From Malacoraja senta (lineage: Eukaryota), in contig JAXLNO010000438.1 of assembly GCA_038087875.1 (NCBI GenBank), positions 310,001 to 374,000 on the forward strand: DNA of 64,000 nucleotides, in the 5' to 3' direction. Both the position numbers and the translations under genes were made by a program. This document shows, in pieces, positions 51,227 to 64,000 of the stretch (the stretch's first letter is position 1; the number at the start of each line of letters is the position of its first letter). The notes beneath the pieces were generated by a model. It made no database searches, was not told where the DNA came from, and was given only the letters and a program-made list of their open reading frames with translations.

Positions 51227-51282
51227 GTAAGTATTCATTTAGATCATGTAACAAAAATAAATATGAGAATGGTGCGAAACAT

Positions 51283-52282
51283 GTGTAAGAAGGAACTGTA
51301 GATGCTGATTTAAACTGAAGATAGACACAAAAAGCTAGAGTAACTCAGCGGGTCAGACAGCATCTCTGGATAAAAGGAATAGGTGACATTTTATGTATGA
51401 GAGGGGAAATGAGAGATATAGACGGTGATGTAGTGAGCTATAGAAACAATGAATGAAAGATATGCAAAGAAGTTTCCGTGCTGTATATCTAAACTAAACT
51501 AAAGTAACGATGATAAAGGAAACAGGCCATTGTTGGCTGCTTGTTAGGTGAGAACGAGTAAGGACACTACTCAACAAGATGACTTTGAAGTTGGTACAAC
51601 TTGGGTGGGAGTGGGATGGAGAGAGAAGGCAGAGGTTACTTGAAGTTACAAAAATCAGTATACATACCACGGACAAAATATGAGATGCTGTTCCTCCAAT
51701 TTGTGTTTGGCCTCACTCTGATAATGGAGGAGGCCTAGGACAAAAGGTCAGTGTTGGAAGGGGAATTAAAATGTATGGCAATTGAGAGATCAGGTAGATC
51801 TAGTCTGACTGAGTGAAGGTGTTCAGCAAAACGATCGCCCAGTCCATGTTTGGTCTCACCGATGTACAAGAGTCCACACCTTGAACAATGGTTATAGTAG
51901 ATAAGGTTGGAGGAGGTGCAATTGAACCTCTGCCTAACCTGAAAGGACTGTTGGGGTCCCTGGACAGAGTCAAGGGAGGAGAATTATGTGTTGTATGCGA
52001 TGGCTGATGGGGTGAAAGGTAAGGACCAAGGGGACTCTGTCCCTGTTGCAACTGAGGGGAGGGGGAGTACGGGCGGAGCTGCGGGTTACCGAGGAAACAC
52101 GCGTGAGGGCCTCATGTATGATGGAAGAGGGGAACCCCCGTTCCCTAAAGAATAATGACATCTCAGATGTCCTGATATGGAAACATCGTCTTAGGCACAG
52201 ATGCAGCGTAAATGGAGGAATTGGGACTAGGGATTGGGTCTTTGCAGGAAGCAGGATGGGAAGAAGAGTAGTCTAGATAGAA
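51283..52282 (-). mobile_element. Penelope-like element 3' fragment
   Basis: Reverse complement of 38915-39958 (SLFFRERGFPSSIIHEALTRVSS..DRVPLVLTFHP). Confidence 0.85.
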
Positions 52283-52514
52283 ACAGATGGCACTACCATG
52301 GTGGAGGCATATGACTTCTAGATTCAGAAGATATTCTTTCTGAAGGTTGCTAGTGTCGGGACAAACCGAAAGGATGTGTGATAGTTGGGACTTGGCGCGT
52401 TCACTGTAATTGTTAAACAAAAGTTGAGTTTCATACACTGGGAACCTTTACAATTAATTGATTGAGGTCAAAGACCTTTCCAACAGTGGTGGAACCATGA
52501 GGCAGAGTTTACCT

Positions 52515-52935
52515 TTAGCCCAACTCGTCCATACAGATCAAGACACCATCTACACTAGTCCCATTTGCCCACGTTTTGCCCATATCCCTCTAAACCATTC
52601 CTATCCATGTACCTGTCCAAGTGTCTTTTAAATGCTGACATAGTATCTGCCTCAACTACCTCCTCTTGCAGTTTGTTCTACATACCCACCACCACCTGTG
52701 TGAAAAAGTTGCCCCTCTGGTTCCTATTAAATCTTGCCCCTTTCACATTAACTTATGTCCTCTGGTTCTTGATTCCTCCACCCTAGGTATTTGGACTCTA
52801 GGACTCTGCATTCACCCAGTCTATTCCCTTCATGATTTTATGCACCTCTATGAGATCACCTCCTTAGCCTCCCGTGGTCCAAGGAATAAAGCCCTGGCCT
52901 GCCCTTTAGCTCAGATCCTTGAGTCCTGGCAACAT
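52515..52935 (-). mobile_element. CR1 3' fragment
   Basis: Typical CR1 C-terminal and 3' sequence. Confidence 0.7.
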
Positions 52936-53304
52936 CTCTCTCATTGATTGATACTATACTACACCCAAAACTGGATTTATAATTGCTGACTTTGGTCAGT
53001 GCCCCAGAGTTCCACTGCGACTCTTGGAAACCAGGTCACATTAAAAATAAATACTTGCAATTTATTTGTGTGCCAAGTTGAAGATGCGTAAGTGCCTACT
53101 CTTAAGACTAGGGAATTCCCAAAGCCTTCTTGTTTCAAATTGAGCCTACCAGATGTTTAACTCTTCTTTAGAGGGCAATATAAATATTACCTTTGCTTTA
53201 AATTGCCTGGAGATGGTGAATGTATTTGCAGACCGATCGCTTGTGTCAGAAATAGAATGTCTCCAAACAAAGAAAGTTAATTGTATTTATTTTAAACAAT
53301 ACAG

Positions 53305-53354
53305 AGTTACCAAATGCGAGACAGAGGCCACCGCCACGCAGAGATCTCACTGTG
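53305..53354 (+). CDS. SH3PXD2B: SH3PXD2B 50-nt exon (human exon 11 equivalent)
   Basis: aatacag|AG TTA CCA...ACT GTG|gtgagt reads (K)LPNARQRPPPRRDLTV versus Tks4 RSPKMRQRPPPRRDMTI. Phases (1 in, 0 out) fit both neighbouring exons. Confidence 0.93.
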
Positions 53355-53519
53355 GTGAGTAACAAACGGTTTGCAAGAGCAACTGGTATTTTGTAGACTT
53401 TGAAAAAAATCCTTAAATTACATCAAAGGAACAAAATTAATGAGTTGAGATGGGGAGAGTGAAATTAGGGGTGCACACATGGACAAGCGTGCTGAATTTT
53501 AGGTGCATGATTGCACATG

Positions 53520-53810
53520 GTGGCACGGTGGCGCAGCAGTAGAGTTGCTGCCTTACAGCGCCGGAGACCCGGGTTCGATCCTGACTAGGGGTGCTGTCTC
53601 TACAAAGTTTGTACGTTCTCCATATGATCTGCGTGGGTACTCTTCGAAATCTTCGGTTTCCTCCCACACTCCAAAGACATACAGGTTTGTAAGTTAATTG
53701 ACTTGGTAAATGTAAAAATTGGCCCTAGTATGTGTAGGATAGTGTTAATGTGCGGGGATCGATGGTGGGCGCGGACCCGGTTGGCCTGTTTCTGCGCTGT
53801 ATCTCTAAAT
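53520..53810 (+). mobile_element. HE1-like V-SINE
   Basis: Well-preserved A/B boxes and V-domain. Confidence 0.87.
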
Positions 53811-53854
53811 AATGGCAACATTTCACCAGTTGTGGTAGAATCATAGTAAAGTGG

Positions 53855-55631
53855 CATAGATACATAGATACATAGAAAATAGGTGCAGGAGTAGGCCATT
53901 CGGCCCTTCGAGCCTGCACCGCCATTCAATATGATCATGGCTGATCATCCAACTCAGTATCCCGTACCTGCCTTCTCTCCATACCCCCTGATCCCTTTAG
54001 CCACAAGGGCCACATCTAACTCCCTCTTAAATATAGCCAATGAACTGGCCTCAACTACCCTCTGTGGCAGAAAGTTCCAGAGATTCACCACTCTCTGTGT
54101 GAAAAGGTTTTTCCTCATCTCGGTCTTAAAGGATTTCCCCCTTATCCTTAAGCTGTGACCCCTTGTCCTGGACTTCCCCAACATCGGGAACAATCTTCCT
54201 GCATCTAGCCTGTCCAACCCCATAAGAATTTTGTACGTTTCTATAAGATCCCCTCTCAATCTCCTAAATTCTAGCGAGTATAAGCCAAGTCTATCCAATC
54301 TTTCTTCATATGAAAGTCCTGACATCCCAGGAATCAGTCTGGTGAACCTTCTCTGCACTCCCTCTATGGCTATAATGTCCTTCCTCAGATTTGGAGACCA
54401 AAACTGTACGCAATACTCCAGGTGTGGTCTCACCAAGACCCTGTACAACTGCAGTAGAATCTCCCTGCTCCTATACTCAAATCCTTTTGCTATGAAAGCT
54501 AACATACCATTCGCTTTCTTCACTGCCTGCTGCACCTGCATGCCTACTTTCAATGACTGGTGTACCATGACACCCAGGTCTCGCTGCATCTCCCCATTTC
54601 CTAATCGGCCACCAATTAGATAATAGTCTGCTTTCCTGTTTTTGCCACCAAAGTGGATAACCTCACATTTATCCACATTATATTGCATCTGCCAAACATT
54701 TGCCCACTCACCCAGTCTATCCAAGTCACCTTGCAGTCTCCTAGCATCCTCCTCACAGCTAACACTGCCCCCCAGCTTAGTGTCATCCGCAAACTTGGAG
54801 ATGTTGCCTTCAATTCCCTCATCCAGCTCATTAATATAAATTGTAAATAGCTGGGGTCCCAGCACTGAGCCTTGCGGTACCCCACTAGTCACTGCCTGCC
54901 ATTGTGAAAAGGACCCGTTTACTCCTACTCTTTGCTTCCTGTTTGCCAGCCAGTTCTCTAACCACATCAATACTGAACCCCCAATACCGTGTGCTTTAAG
55001 TTTGTATACTAATCTCTTATGTGGCACCTTGTCGAAAGCCTTCTGAAAGTCCAGATACAACACATCCACTGGTTCTCCCCTATCCACTCTACTAGTTACA
55101 TCCTCGAAAAATTCTATAAGATTCGTCAGACACGATTTACCTTTCGTAAATCCATGCTGACTTTGTCCAATGATTTCACCACTTTCCAAATGTGCTGCTA
55201 TCCCATCTTTAATAACTGACTAGCAGTTTCCCCACTACCGATGTTAGACTAACTGGTCTGTAATTCCCCGTTTTCTCTCTCCCTCCCTTCTTAAAAAGTG
55301 GGGTTATGTTTGCTACCCTCCAATCCTCAGGAACTACTCCAGAATCTAAAGAGGTTTGAAAAATTATCACTAATGCATCCACTATTTCTGGAGCTACTTC
55401 CTTAAGTACTCTGGGATGCAGCCTATCTGGCCCTGGTGATTTATCGGCCTTTAATCCATTCAATTTACCCAACACCACTTCCCGACTAACCTGGATTTTA
55501 CTCAGTTCCTCCATCTCCTTTGACCCGCGGCCCCCTGCTATTTCCGGCAGATTATTTATGTCTTCCTTAGTGAAGACGGAACCAAAGTAGTTATTCAATT
55601 GGTTCGCCATATCCTTGTTCCCCATGATCAA
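53855..55631 (-). mobile_element. Young 5'-truncated CR1 LINE (reverse transcriptase)
   Basis: KSPGPD..NYRPVSLTSVVGK, a frameshift near 55215, then a 411-aa open frame with QHGF, LDFQKAFDKVPH, GVPQGSVLGP and FADD; (catagata)n tail. Confidence 0.95.
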
Positions 55632-55720
55632 TAGGCATCATAGTCACAGTAAAGCAGGTCAGGAGAGGAATCAAAAGAGCAGGATAAAATTATTTAAATG
55701 AAAATTCTCCGGCTTCTTAA

Positions 55721-56678
55721 GTATAAGTATCCTTTATTCTCATTCAGACCTTTCGGTCTGAACGAAATTTCGTGCCTTGCAGTCATAACATAGAATAAAA
55801 TAACAAAAACACACAATAAACACAGATTTAACATCCACCACAGTGAGTCCACCAGGCACCTCCTCACTGTGATGAAAGGCAAAAGTCTTAAAGTCCTTGT
55901 CTCTTCCCTCTTTGTTCTCCCTCTGCGCTGAGGCGATCCAGGCTTCCGATGTTGTGACCCCACCGGGTGATGGTAAGTAAGTCAGTCCCGCGGCTGAATC
56001 CGAGCTCCGCGAACGGGCCGGTTCAAACTCCGCGGCTTGGGGCGATCGAAGCTGCCGAAGCTGCCGCCCTCCAGTCCAGCGGACGAAGCTGTTGTTGCGG
56101 GAGCTCCGGAAAAACAGGTCACCAACCTGTGACCTGCGAGCTCCCGACGATGTCATCCACTGGGCCCGCGGCCGAGTCCACTGGGGCCGAGGCTCCGAAG
56201 TCGGGTCGCCAACGCCGGAACGCCGCCACAGCCCCGAAGTCTGGCCGCTGCCGCCAGAACGTCATCACAGCCCCGAAGTCGGGCCACCGGAACGCCACCA
56301 CAGCCCCGAAGTTGGGCAGCCGGAACACCACCACAGCCCCGAAGTCGGGCTGCCTCAATGCCACCACAGCCCCAAAGTCGGCCAGCCTCGCGTTGGTAAG
56401 TCCTGGCTGGCTCTGCCTCCGGAGCCTCGAGTTCAGTCCCAGTTGGAGGCCGCCATCTCCGCCATTAGGCCTCAGTGCAGCCGGAGAAGGGGGATACGAC
56501 ATGAAAAGGTCGCATCCCCCCGAAGGAAGAGACCAAAAACATTTCCCCCACCCACACATACACAACCTAATAAATTAAATTTAACTAAAACAGGACAAAA
56601 GAAAACAACAACAAAAAGAAAAAACAGATGGACTGCAGGTGAGCCGCAGCTGCTGGGGCAGCGCCGCCACTTCCGGTG
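55721..56678 (-). mobile_element. GC-rich non-autonomous retroposon with internal ~30-bp tandem array (56190-56385)
   Basis: aagtataagtat tail; about six units of ccacagccccgaagtcgggc..; CTTAA on both flanks (possible TSD). Confidence 0.65.
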
Positions 56679-59019
56679 CTTAATGATTGTCTAATGATTG
56701 TTTAATCTTGAGCTGAGTATCACTCCCTCTTACCCCACTTTTGAGTTGTTTTCACCTCGGCATCTGTCCATCTGAACAAAGACGTACGCATGTATCTGGT
56801 TGTCTCCTCATAACTGAGATATCAAAGATAGAATCTTAAATTATTTTGAATTCTAATCCTTCATTAAATTTGCCCCCATTCCATAACTACAACTCTCAGA
56901 TCTTTGGATTCTTCCAACTCTAGTCTCCTGCAGTCTCTTGCCATGTGTGACCAAATAGCATATTGCAAAAATATAGTGTAGGAGGTATTCAGCAGGCCAG
57001 GCAGTATCTGTGGAGGGAAAAGGACAGATGGTGTTACAGCCTGGGGTCAACCCAAAATAATGTCCATACATCTCCCTTCACATTTGCTGCCTGGCCTGCT
57101 GTGTTTCTCAAACACCTTGTTTTTTGATTAAGATCCCAGCATCTGCCGTCTCTTGTCTCTCGCTCTCTTTATAATAAGATTGCTTTGTTAAACAAATGTA
57201 AATATTTTGGAGGAGGTATTGCAAGGCAACAAGAGCAGGGAATTTTTGCTGGGAGTTCTGGCAGAAACTAACCAAAAGCTTAACTGGAACAAGCCATTGG
57301 CTGGATGTTCTCTAGTGAGAGACTCTCCTCCTGTTCTCCCTCTATATAATAGATGTTTGGACTGCAAAGACATTTTCCACTTGCTTAGCTGCTCCAACAC
57401 ACAACAAAATAGAACATTCCATTCACAATTCTAGGAATAAATGCTGGCACACTATATGTATTCCAAGGTTTTTGATGAAACCTCCTAACCTCATCGCACC
57501 CGTTACCAATAAAGATAAGCCATGGGAATAACATAACCTCCAGTTTACACATCTGTCAGCTTAGAAATGCACTATTGCAATTTATTCCACTGTTTAAGAA
57601 CTCTACCTACCAGATACCAAACCAAATGATTCAGGAATAGTGGCTCATCATCTTCAAGAGCAATTTGGATAGCCAGTGTAAGTAAATGCCGGCATTATTA
57701 GTTTGACCCTCATCCTATAAGTAAAATAATTGTGCAAAATATTTGGTTAATCATGAAACTGCATAGATAGAACTCCAAAGACATACAGGTTTGTAGGTTA
57801 ATTGGTTTGGTGTAAATGTAAAATTGTCCCTAGTGTGTGTGTAGGGTAGTGTTAATGTGCAGGGATCGCTGGTTGGTGCGGACTTGGTGGGCCGAAGGGC
57901 CTATTTCTACGCTATATCTCCAAACTAAACTAAAATAAGGACATGCCTCTCCATCCTTTTTGTTTTGCATTAGTATTACTGTAATTTATATATAATGATC
58001 AATATACTAAAATTATCTGTGTGTGTTGTATTTACGGGCTGCTAAGGTGCTGCAAGTAAGTATTTTATTGTTCCATTGTCTGTACATATGGCAATTAAAC
58101 ACTCTTGACGATATATTTGTGATTGAGATGATGTTGGAGCAGCTTTGATAAGTAACTGCAGTACACATTGTAGGCAACGCATGATGTAGCCACTGTGTAT
58201 TGTGCGGAGGGTGCGAGTGTTTAGAGTAGCTGACGACTTGGGTGCTATTGAACTGTTTGGAACTGCACTCACCCAAAGAGGTATTCCATCAAAGTCCCAA
58301 TGTGTATTTTAGGGTGGCAAAGTGGGAAGAGAGTTTACTCATCAAAGGTTACCGGGTCTTTGACCTACTCTTGTAGACATGCTATATTTATGGTTGGTTG
58401 ATCAGTGTGTTAAATCTGTGGATTACTGAAAAACGAAATTTTGTACATTTGGGATTTTGCTCCCTTTAGCTTTTAATTATTTTTTTGCTTTTCCTGATTG
58501 TTTTTCTAATATAGGCAGAATGTGAGAAGGATGGGAGTCTGTGGAGGCCAAGTCAGTGGATATTTTTAAGTCAGAGATAGACAAATCTTGATTAGAACGG
58601 GGGTCAAGGATTATGGGAATAAGACAGAAAAATGGGATTAGGAGGCAGAGATCAGCCATGATTGAATGGTGGAGTGGACTTGATGGGCCAAATGGCCTAA
58701 TTCTACTCCTATAACTTGTGAGGCAGTCTTCCCTGTGTTGTGGTGATGCATTGGAAATGTTCTCCCCTCCTCCCCCCCCCACCCCCCTCCCTCTTAGATA
58801 CTTAGTCTTCCCCATTTCAATATACCGATGATTGTTCTCAATTTTAAGAACTTATTACATTAATTGCAGTAAAGGTTGGAGGATTTAATGTCACTGGAAA
58901 GTGAATTTTTATAATGCTGCCTGAGGCACTTTAACAAATGTCTTGTGCAATTATAATTTCACTGTTTAACTGTATACCCTATTTGCAGTAAGATGCAAGT
59001 AAGATTTTTTTAAATCTCT

Positions 59020-59285
59020 GCGCGGAAACAGGCCCTTCGACCCATTGAGCCCGCACCGTCCAGCGATCCCGGCACGCCAACACACACCAGGGACAATTTT
59101 ACATTTATACCCAGCCAATTAATCTACAAACCTGTACGTCTGGAGGAAATCATAGATCTCGGAGAAAACCCACACAGGTCATGGGGAGAACGTACAAACT
59201 CCGTACAGACAAGCACCCGTAGTCAGAATCGAACCTGGGTCTCTGGCGCTGTAAGGCAGTAGCTCTACTGCTATGCCACCGTGTC
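59020..59285 (-). mobile_element. HE1-like V-SINE
   Basis: Reverse-complement family match. Confidence 0.83.
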
Positions 59286-59658
59286 GGGTATTAGGAACAG
59301 TACAGCACTCACATCTGACAAGATGTATTACATTTACAATTGTGGTATACCAGAAGTGGGACAGCATGCACCTAACCAAACAGCATGTTTAGACGAGGTA
59401 AAACAAGTACAATGTGTATCAAATTGCAGACAAAAAGTCTGGTTCAAGCCTTGCAATTAATGAATATAATCTATGGCTTTGTTTTTTGTTTAAAATGACT
59501 GATTTAAAATATCGTGGGCATTAATAACTAGTTTTAAATTGTTCAAGTATACTAGCCTCATGTGGAAAACCAATAATTCACATAGAGAATGTGAATCATT
59601 AATGTCCGTGCATCTGGACTCAGTAAATGACTCGACATCTTTCCAACTTTATAAACAG

Positions 59659-59784
59659 CCACGTGGATTGAATCTTCCCAAACCACCAACGCCTCCAGAA
59701 GTGGAAGAAGAGTTTTACACAATAGCTGCTTTCCAGACAACAATTCCAGATGGTATCAGCTTTCAAGCAGGACAAAAGGTTGAG
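59659..59784 (+). CDS. SH3PXD2B: SH3PXD2B 126-nt exon, start of third SH3 domain (human exon 12 equivalent)
   Basis: aaacag|CCA CGT...GTT GAG|gtaagc reads [42 protein letters not shown]. Confidence 0.96.
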
Positions 59785-60482
59785 GTAAGCAGTTAAATGC
59801 TGCAGACATATTAGGAATCTAACTGTCAACATGATTTCATTCTATTATGGCCTTCAAAAAAAAAGCTGGCAAGAAATCACTGGAGCATTTTGTTTTTTAC
59901 TGGTTGGCAGTAAGACAAATGAAGGATCACTTCCTGGCCTTTTTGAAGGCGGAGGGGGAGATGAGCCGATGGAGTTTTAATAAGACTATTTATCTTAATC
60001 TCGACTAATGACAATGAAACATGTTTTTTTGCTACATTGAGAGAAACCAATGGGAGATAGCATGGTGTACCACTGAAATTAGATGGTAAGAAAGTAGTAG
60101 CTAAATGCAGTGTTAGATAACCAATGGGGAAAAGAATATCACTTTATTTTGTCAGCAGCAGAGAACTGAATTAGCTTTTCTCTGCTTCGTACCCATTCTT
60201 GCTGTCTGAAATACAAAGTGTCTCTATTCCAATATTTGCTTTATTAAGTTACAATTTTGATTTTTGTTGTATTCAAGGAATGCATTAAATGCAACGATAA
60301 AACATTTCCTTTCAAGATCATGATTGCTTGGTTATTGGTTATTATTGCACATTGGTTATTATTTTTTTCTTAAATAACATGACAAAGTCCTTATAACTTA
60401 GGAAAATGTCTCCAGATTGCCATTGGTTGTACTATTACATTATACAGATAGGATACTCAAACTTTGTTTTGTTTGCTTGCAG

Positions 60483-62141
60483 GTAATTGAAAAGAATTTA
60501 AGTGGCTGGTGGTATATACAGATAGATGATGAAGAAGGGTGGGCTCCAGCTTCTTTCATTGATAAATACAAGAAATCAAGTAATGCTTCAAGGGCAAATT
60601 TCCTGCTGCCTATAGCACAAGAATTGGCTAAGCTTAAACTTCCAGATGCAGCCACAGGAAGCAGCACTAACAAAGACAGCGCCTTTATAAACAAACCTTT
60701 GCCTAAAGAACCACAATCAAACGATTTTGACGTACTGAAGGATCGGCGAGCAAGGGATGCATGTAAGAGTCCATCTTCTGACAAGTTCAACTCTCCATCA
60801 AATATAGAATGCCAGCCCAAGTCATGTTCACCTTTAAATATAATGAACAATGATGCATCCAAGTTTAACAAAGATAAACCAGTCCTCCCACTCAAAAAAG
60901 AATTAATTAATAGCAAATTTGAGTTGGAGGTAGCAGAAAAACAACCAAAGGGGCTTTTACCCAGGATCCCTGTACCAGGGGGTATTTTACCAGTGTTGCC
61001 TCCAAAAATGACATCTAAAGGAGACAGGAAGCCAACTGCTGAAGCAAGTAAAATAATACAGCCGAAAGGACCTGAGGCAGGGCCTAAGGTATTAGCAAGT
61101 GAAATTGCCAGGCCTAATCTAAGGCCCGTAGGAAGGCAAACAAAGATAAAGTCTGATGTAGAAGACAAATTAGTGGAACCGTCTCCAAATCTACCACTAA
61201 AGCCAAAACCTCTGCTGCGACCCAAGCCACTGCCCATCACAAAAGCGGAAAACCATTCGGAATCTGAAGTTGATATCTCTAACCTCAGAAGCAAGTTGAG
61301 AAGAGCAAAATTGCCAGAAAAAATGGGGGAGCTGGACTCTTCCCAGAATGTTATAAGCAATCACAACTACTCAAATAATCAAGACTCAGGGGACACACGT
61401 AACAACTCTCATAGAAACACAGAAAATGGACCTCAAGTGAAACAGAATTTAGGAATGAGCTCTAAAATAAATAATTTGAAAGTGCATTGTGGAGAACAAA
61501 ATGGTGTAAATGAACAAAATGAACTAAATCATAGGGATAATGCTGATGAGAAAGCCTGTTTTTCCAAAGGCTTGAAGTCCATTGAGAAGAAAATAGATGA
61601 TGTACAACTGAAAGGCCCATCTGTGGCAAGCAAAGAAGGTCCACCTCGCCCAATTGTGCCACCTAGAAGACCCCCATTGCCAAAGAAAACCTCTTCAGAA
61701 CCTGCAGAAGTGAAAGCCCAGAAAGATACTGCCTGGGGACAAAATAAACCTGCATTACCTCCACCAAGATTTAAATCGGGCCCATCTCAGGATTATAACA
61801 AAGATGATGTTAAACCTAAAGGAGGTTCAAAGGACTTCCCCCTGGCAAAAGGAACAGCTGCTTCCAAAATTCATGAACCGAGAAAGGGGCCACTTAGTTC
61901 CCCAAAAGTGACAGAGAGACAGACTGAGAAAAAGATGTCCAAAGAAGACGAATCCTCAAGTCCATCTCTATTTGTAGCTCTTGCAGATTTTGGAGGAGAC
62001 GAGGAGACAGCCGGATTTAAGGAGGGAACTGTTTTTGAAGTATTTGAAAAGAATATCAATGGATGGTGGTACTGTAAAATGCTGGATAGTGAGCCGACAT
62101 GGGAGGGCTGGGCCCCTTCCAATTATTTAGTCAAAAAATAA
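60483..62141 (+). CDS. SH3PXD2B: SH3PXD2B terminal coding exon: end of SH3 #3, proline-rich region, SH3 #4, stop
   Basis: ttgcag|GTA ATT GAA; VIEKNLSGWWYIQIDDEEGWAPASFIDKYKK...VDISNLRSKLR...RPIVPPRRPP...FVALADF...GWWYC...WEGWAPSNYLVKK*. Uninterrupted ORF. Confidence 0.97.
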   Translation, partial: VIEKNLSGWWYIQIDDEEGWAPASFIDKYKKSSNASRANFLLPIAQELAKLKLPDAATGSSTNKDSAFINKPLPKEPQSNDFDVLKDRRARDACKSPSSDKFNSPSNIECQPKSCSPLNIMNNDASKFNKDKPVLPLKKELINSKFELEVAEKQPKGLLPRIPVPGGILPVLPPKMTSKGDRKPTAEASKIIQPKGPEAGPKVLASEIARPNLRPVGRQTKIKSDVEDKLVEPSPNLPLKPKPLLRPKPLPITKAENHSESEVDISNLRSKLRRAKLPEKMGELDSSQNVISNHNYSNNQDSGDTRNNSHRNTENGPQVKQNLGMSSKINNLKVHCGEQNGVNEQNELNHRDNADEKACFSKGLKSIEKKIDDVQLKGPSVASKEGPPRPIVPPRRPPLPKKTSSEPAEVKAQKDTAWGQNKPALPPPRFKSGPSQDYNKDDVKPKGGSKDFPLAKGTAASKIHEPRKGPLSSPKVTERQTEKKMSKEDESSSPSLFVALADFGGDEETAGFKEGTVFEVFEKNINGWWYCKMLDSEPTWEGWAPSNYLVKK

Positions 62142-64000
62142 GTATCTTGGTATAGTTCTGTTTCTAAACACTGCAAGATGCTTTTTCATATGTAATATTT
62201 AATTAGATCAATAATTTATAGTTTTAAGCTTTCCAAAAGCAACTTAATACATTCCTTATATATTATTTTCAACACAAGTTGGAACAACATAGTGTTTATG
62301 GTTACAAAGATTTGTGATTATTACATTTACCCATTTTTATATAACATTGAATTATTTAGTCATGATTGATTTACCAGTCATCAGAAAACCAAGTAGTTTC
62401 CTGCTGGTAACCTGGTGCCGGCTAGTATTTGGGAAACACACTTTAGTAATATGACAAAGTGTTTTAAATCTTAACCAGAACACGGACTATAAGGATACTA
62501 ATCATCCCAAATACAAGTCCAGTTAAAAATATCTCACAACATGTAACGGCTACAGAAATAACCTAGCAAGCTATTGCGCTGTGCAAATGGTTGTTGAGAG
62601 AGAAAAATATTGTCATTACCAAGAACTAAGGAAATAAACTTACTCAGTCTACAAAACTTGCACATGATGTAATATTGGGGGTTTTCTGACGAACAAGGAA
62701 TTGAAAATTTGTTCATTTATTCCAAACAGAGTTGGATAAATAACAAGTAGAATTTTGAATGCCTCTATTTTATCTAAAAAAGGTACTAATTGCAGGTTTT
62801 TTATAATGCACATCTTGTATGAATACACTCAGCCACAACACTGTTGTTCCTTCTTAAAAATGATAACTAATCTGCATCACTTTTTGTATTCTAATTATTT
62901 TATATTGTAGTAATGTTCCAAAGTATGTATTTTAAAACACCTTCATTCATTCATATATCTTGCTTCAGAAGGCCATAAAAGTTACAACTATGTTTAATAG
63001 GGATGCAATAGCTTAGCCACTGATATAATGCACGTAAAAGGTTTAACATTCACTTATACACACTGACAACATATGTGTGCTAGTTGTAAAGCTTCCCTAC
63101 AAAAAGACAGTACATATATATTTATGTAACCTATACATACAGAGATACTGGTGGTATATTTCAAATAGTTTAGAGAACAATGAGCTGTTATGTGGATGGC
63201 TGATATTTTAATCCAATCAGCTATTTTGCAAGGTTCTGTAATAATCAGGGAAATTGAATTTTAAATAAAAGCAGCTGGATTTATTAACAGCTTCAAACAT
63301 TGAAATTCATTGTTATAATCAGTGTACTGAGAATAACTCAAATTAAACAAAAACACTTCTCTTTTCAGTTTTGTTACACAGAATATGCTTTTGGCTAATT
63401 CCTCAAATGTAAACAACATTGGGTCTTTCTTTATAAGAGAATACCTTAAACCCATTAGTTGTAATGTAGCATCAAATATATATTGGGTTTATTTACTTTA
63501 TGAGGACTTGACTGGTATCAAGTTTAAGTCTCTTGCTTCAAGAGTCTAGAATGTGAAATTTGTTGTTAGAACTGTGTATTAACATAACTTGATAAAATTA
63601 AATAGCATTTCAAAGTAGCAGAAGTAGAATACCTCACATTTGAGCCTGGTTTCATCAAACAGTTTCATGCCAAGCAACACCAAGAAAGAATATTGAAATA
63701 AACTCAATTCAAAATAGAGCTTACTTACAGTATTCTTTCAACATAATCAATGTTTATGCAGCACTGGAAATTACCTTAGTCAGATGCCCATTCCTATTCT
63801 TTAACTTTGTTCTTGCCTTACAGTCAATATTTCTAAAGCACCTAGCCTACTGACATCAGGTATTGTAGAATAAAACATTAATTCAAGGTTTTTAAAGACA
63901 TGGATGTGACTAGTATACTTCATCCATGCACTTCATAACTACACTGGTTAGTAAAAGTTACCTTTGACACTGAAGGTGATGTGTGTATTGCCAAATGTAA
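62142..64000 (+). other. SH3PXD2B: Probable SH3PXD2B 3'UTR (end not determined)
   Basis: Follows the stop codon; AT-rich with no recognisable SINE/LINE. AATAAA at 62633, 63264, 63697 and 63869. Confidence 0.6.

Noticed and set aside
53520..53590. tRNA-like A/B boxes here and in similar copies
   Set aside because: These are SINE heads, not tRNA genes; each continues into the V-domain.
55967..56694. ~200-aa ORFs with TAPKSG repeats
   Set aside because: Produced by a GC-rich ~30-bp tandem array inside a repeat element; open in several frames.
60440..61360. 306-aa antisense ORF
   Set aside because: Shadow of the SH3PXD2B terminal exon.

Overview
Vertebrate genomic DNA, most likely from a skate or ray (inferred from HE1-like V-SINEs and the CR1/Penelope repeat content). 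It is mostly repeat-rich intron and has a 200-N assembly gap at 47504-47703. The host gene is SH3PXD2B (Tks4). Its last four coding exons (50994-51226, 53305-53354, 59659-59784, 60483-62141) and probable 3'UTR lie on the + strand right of the gap. A PX-domain exon of the same gene (16865-16956) lies on the - strand left of the gap, so the gene is split in orientation by a misjoin or an inversion. Notable non-gene content: (1) three copies of a hAT-like transposon end fused to a TDP2 exon-1-like sequence, a candidate gene-capturing element; (2) a degenerate Academ (XPG-type) DNA transposon with TAG..CTA TIRs and an ACA TSD; (3) an IR/DR Tc1 element; (4) Penelope-like elements whose abundant terminal repeat carries a minimal hammerhead-ribozyme motif; (5) PIF/Harbinger MITEs; (6) a young CR1 and many SINEs. 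All family assignments come from manual reading and recalled sequences; no searches were run.
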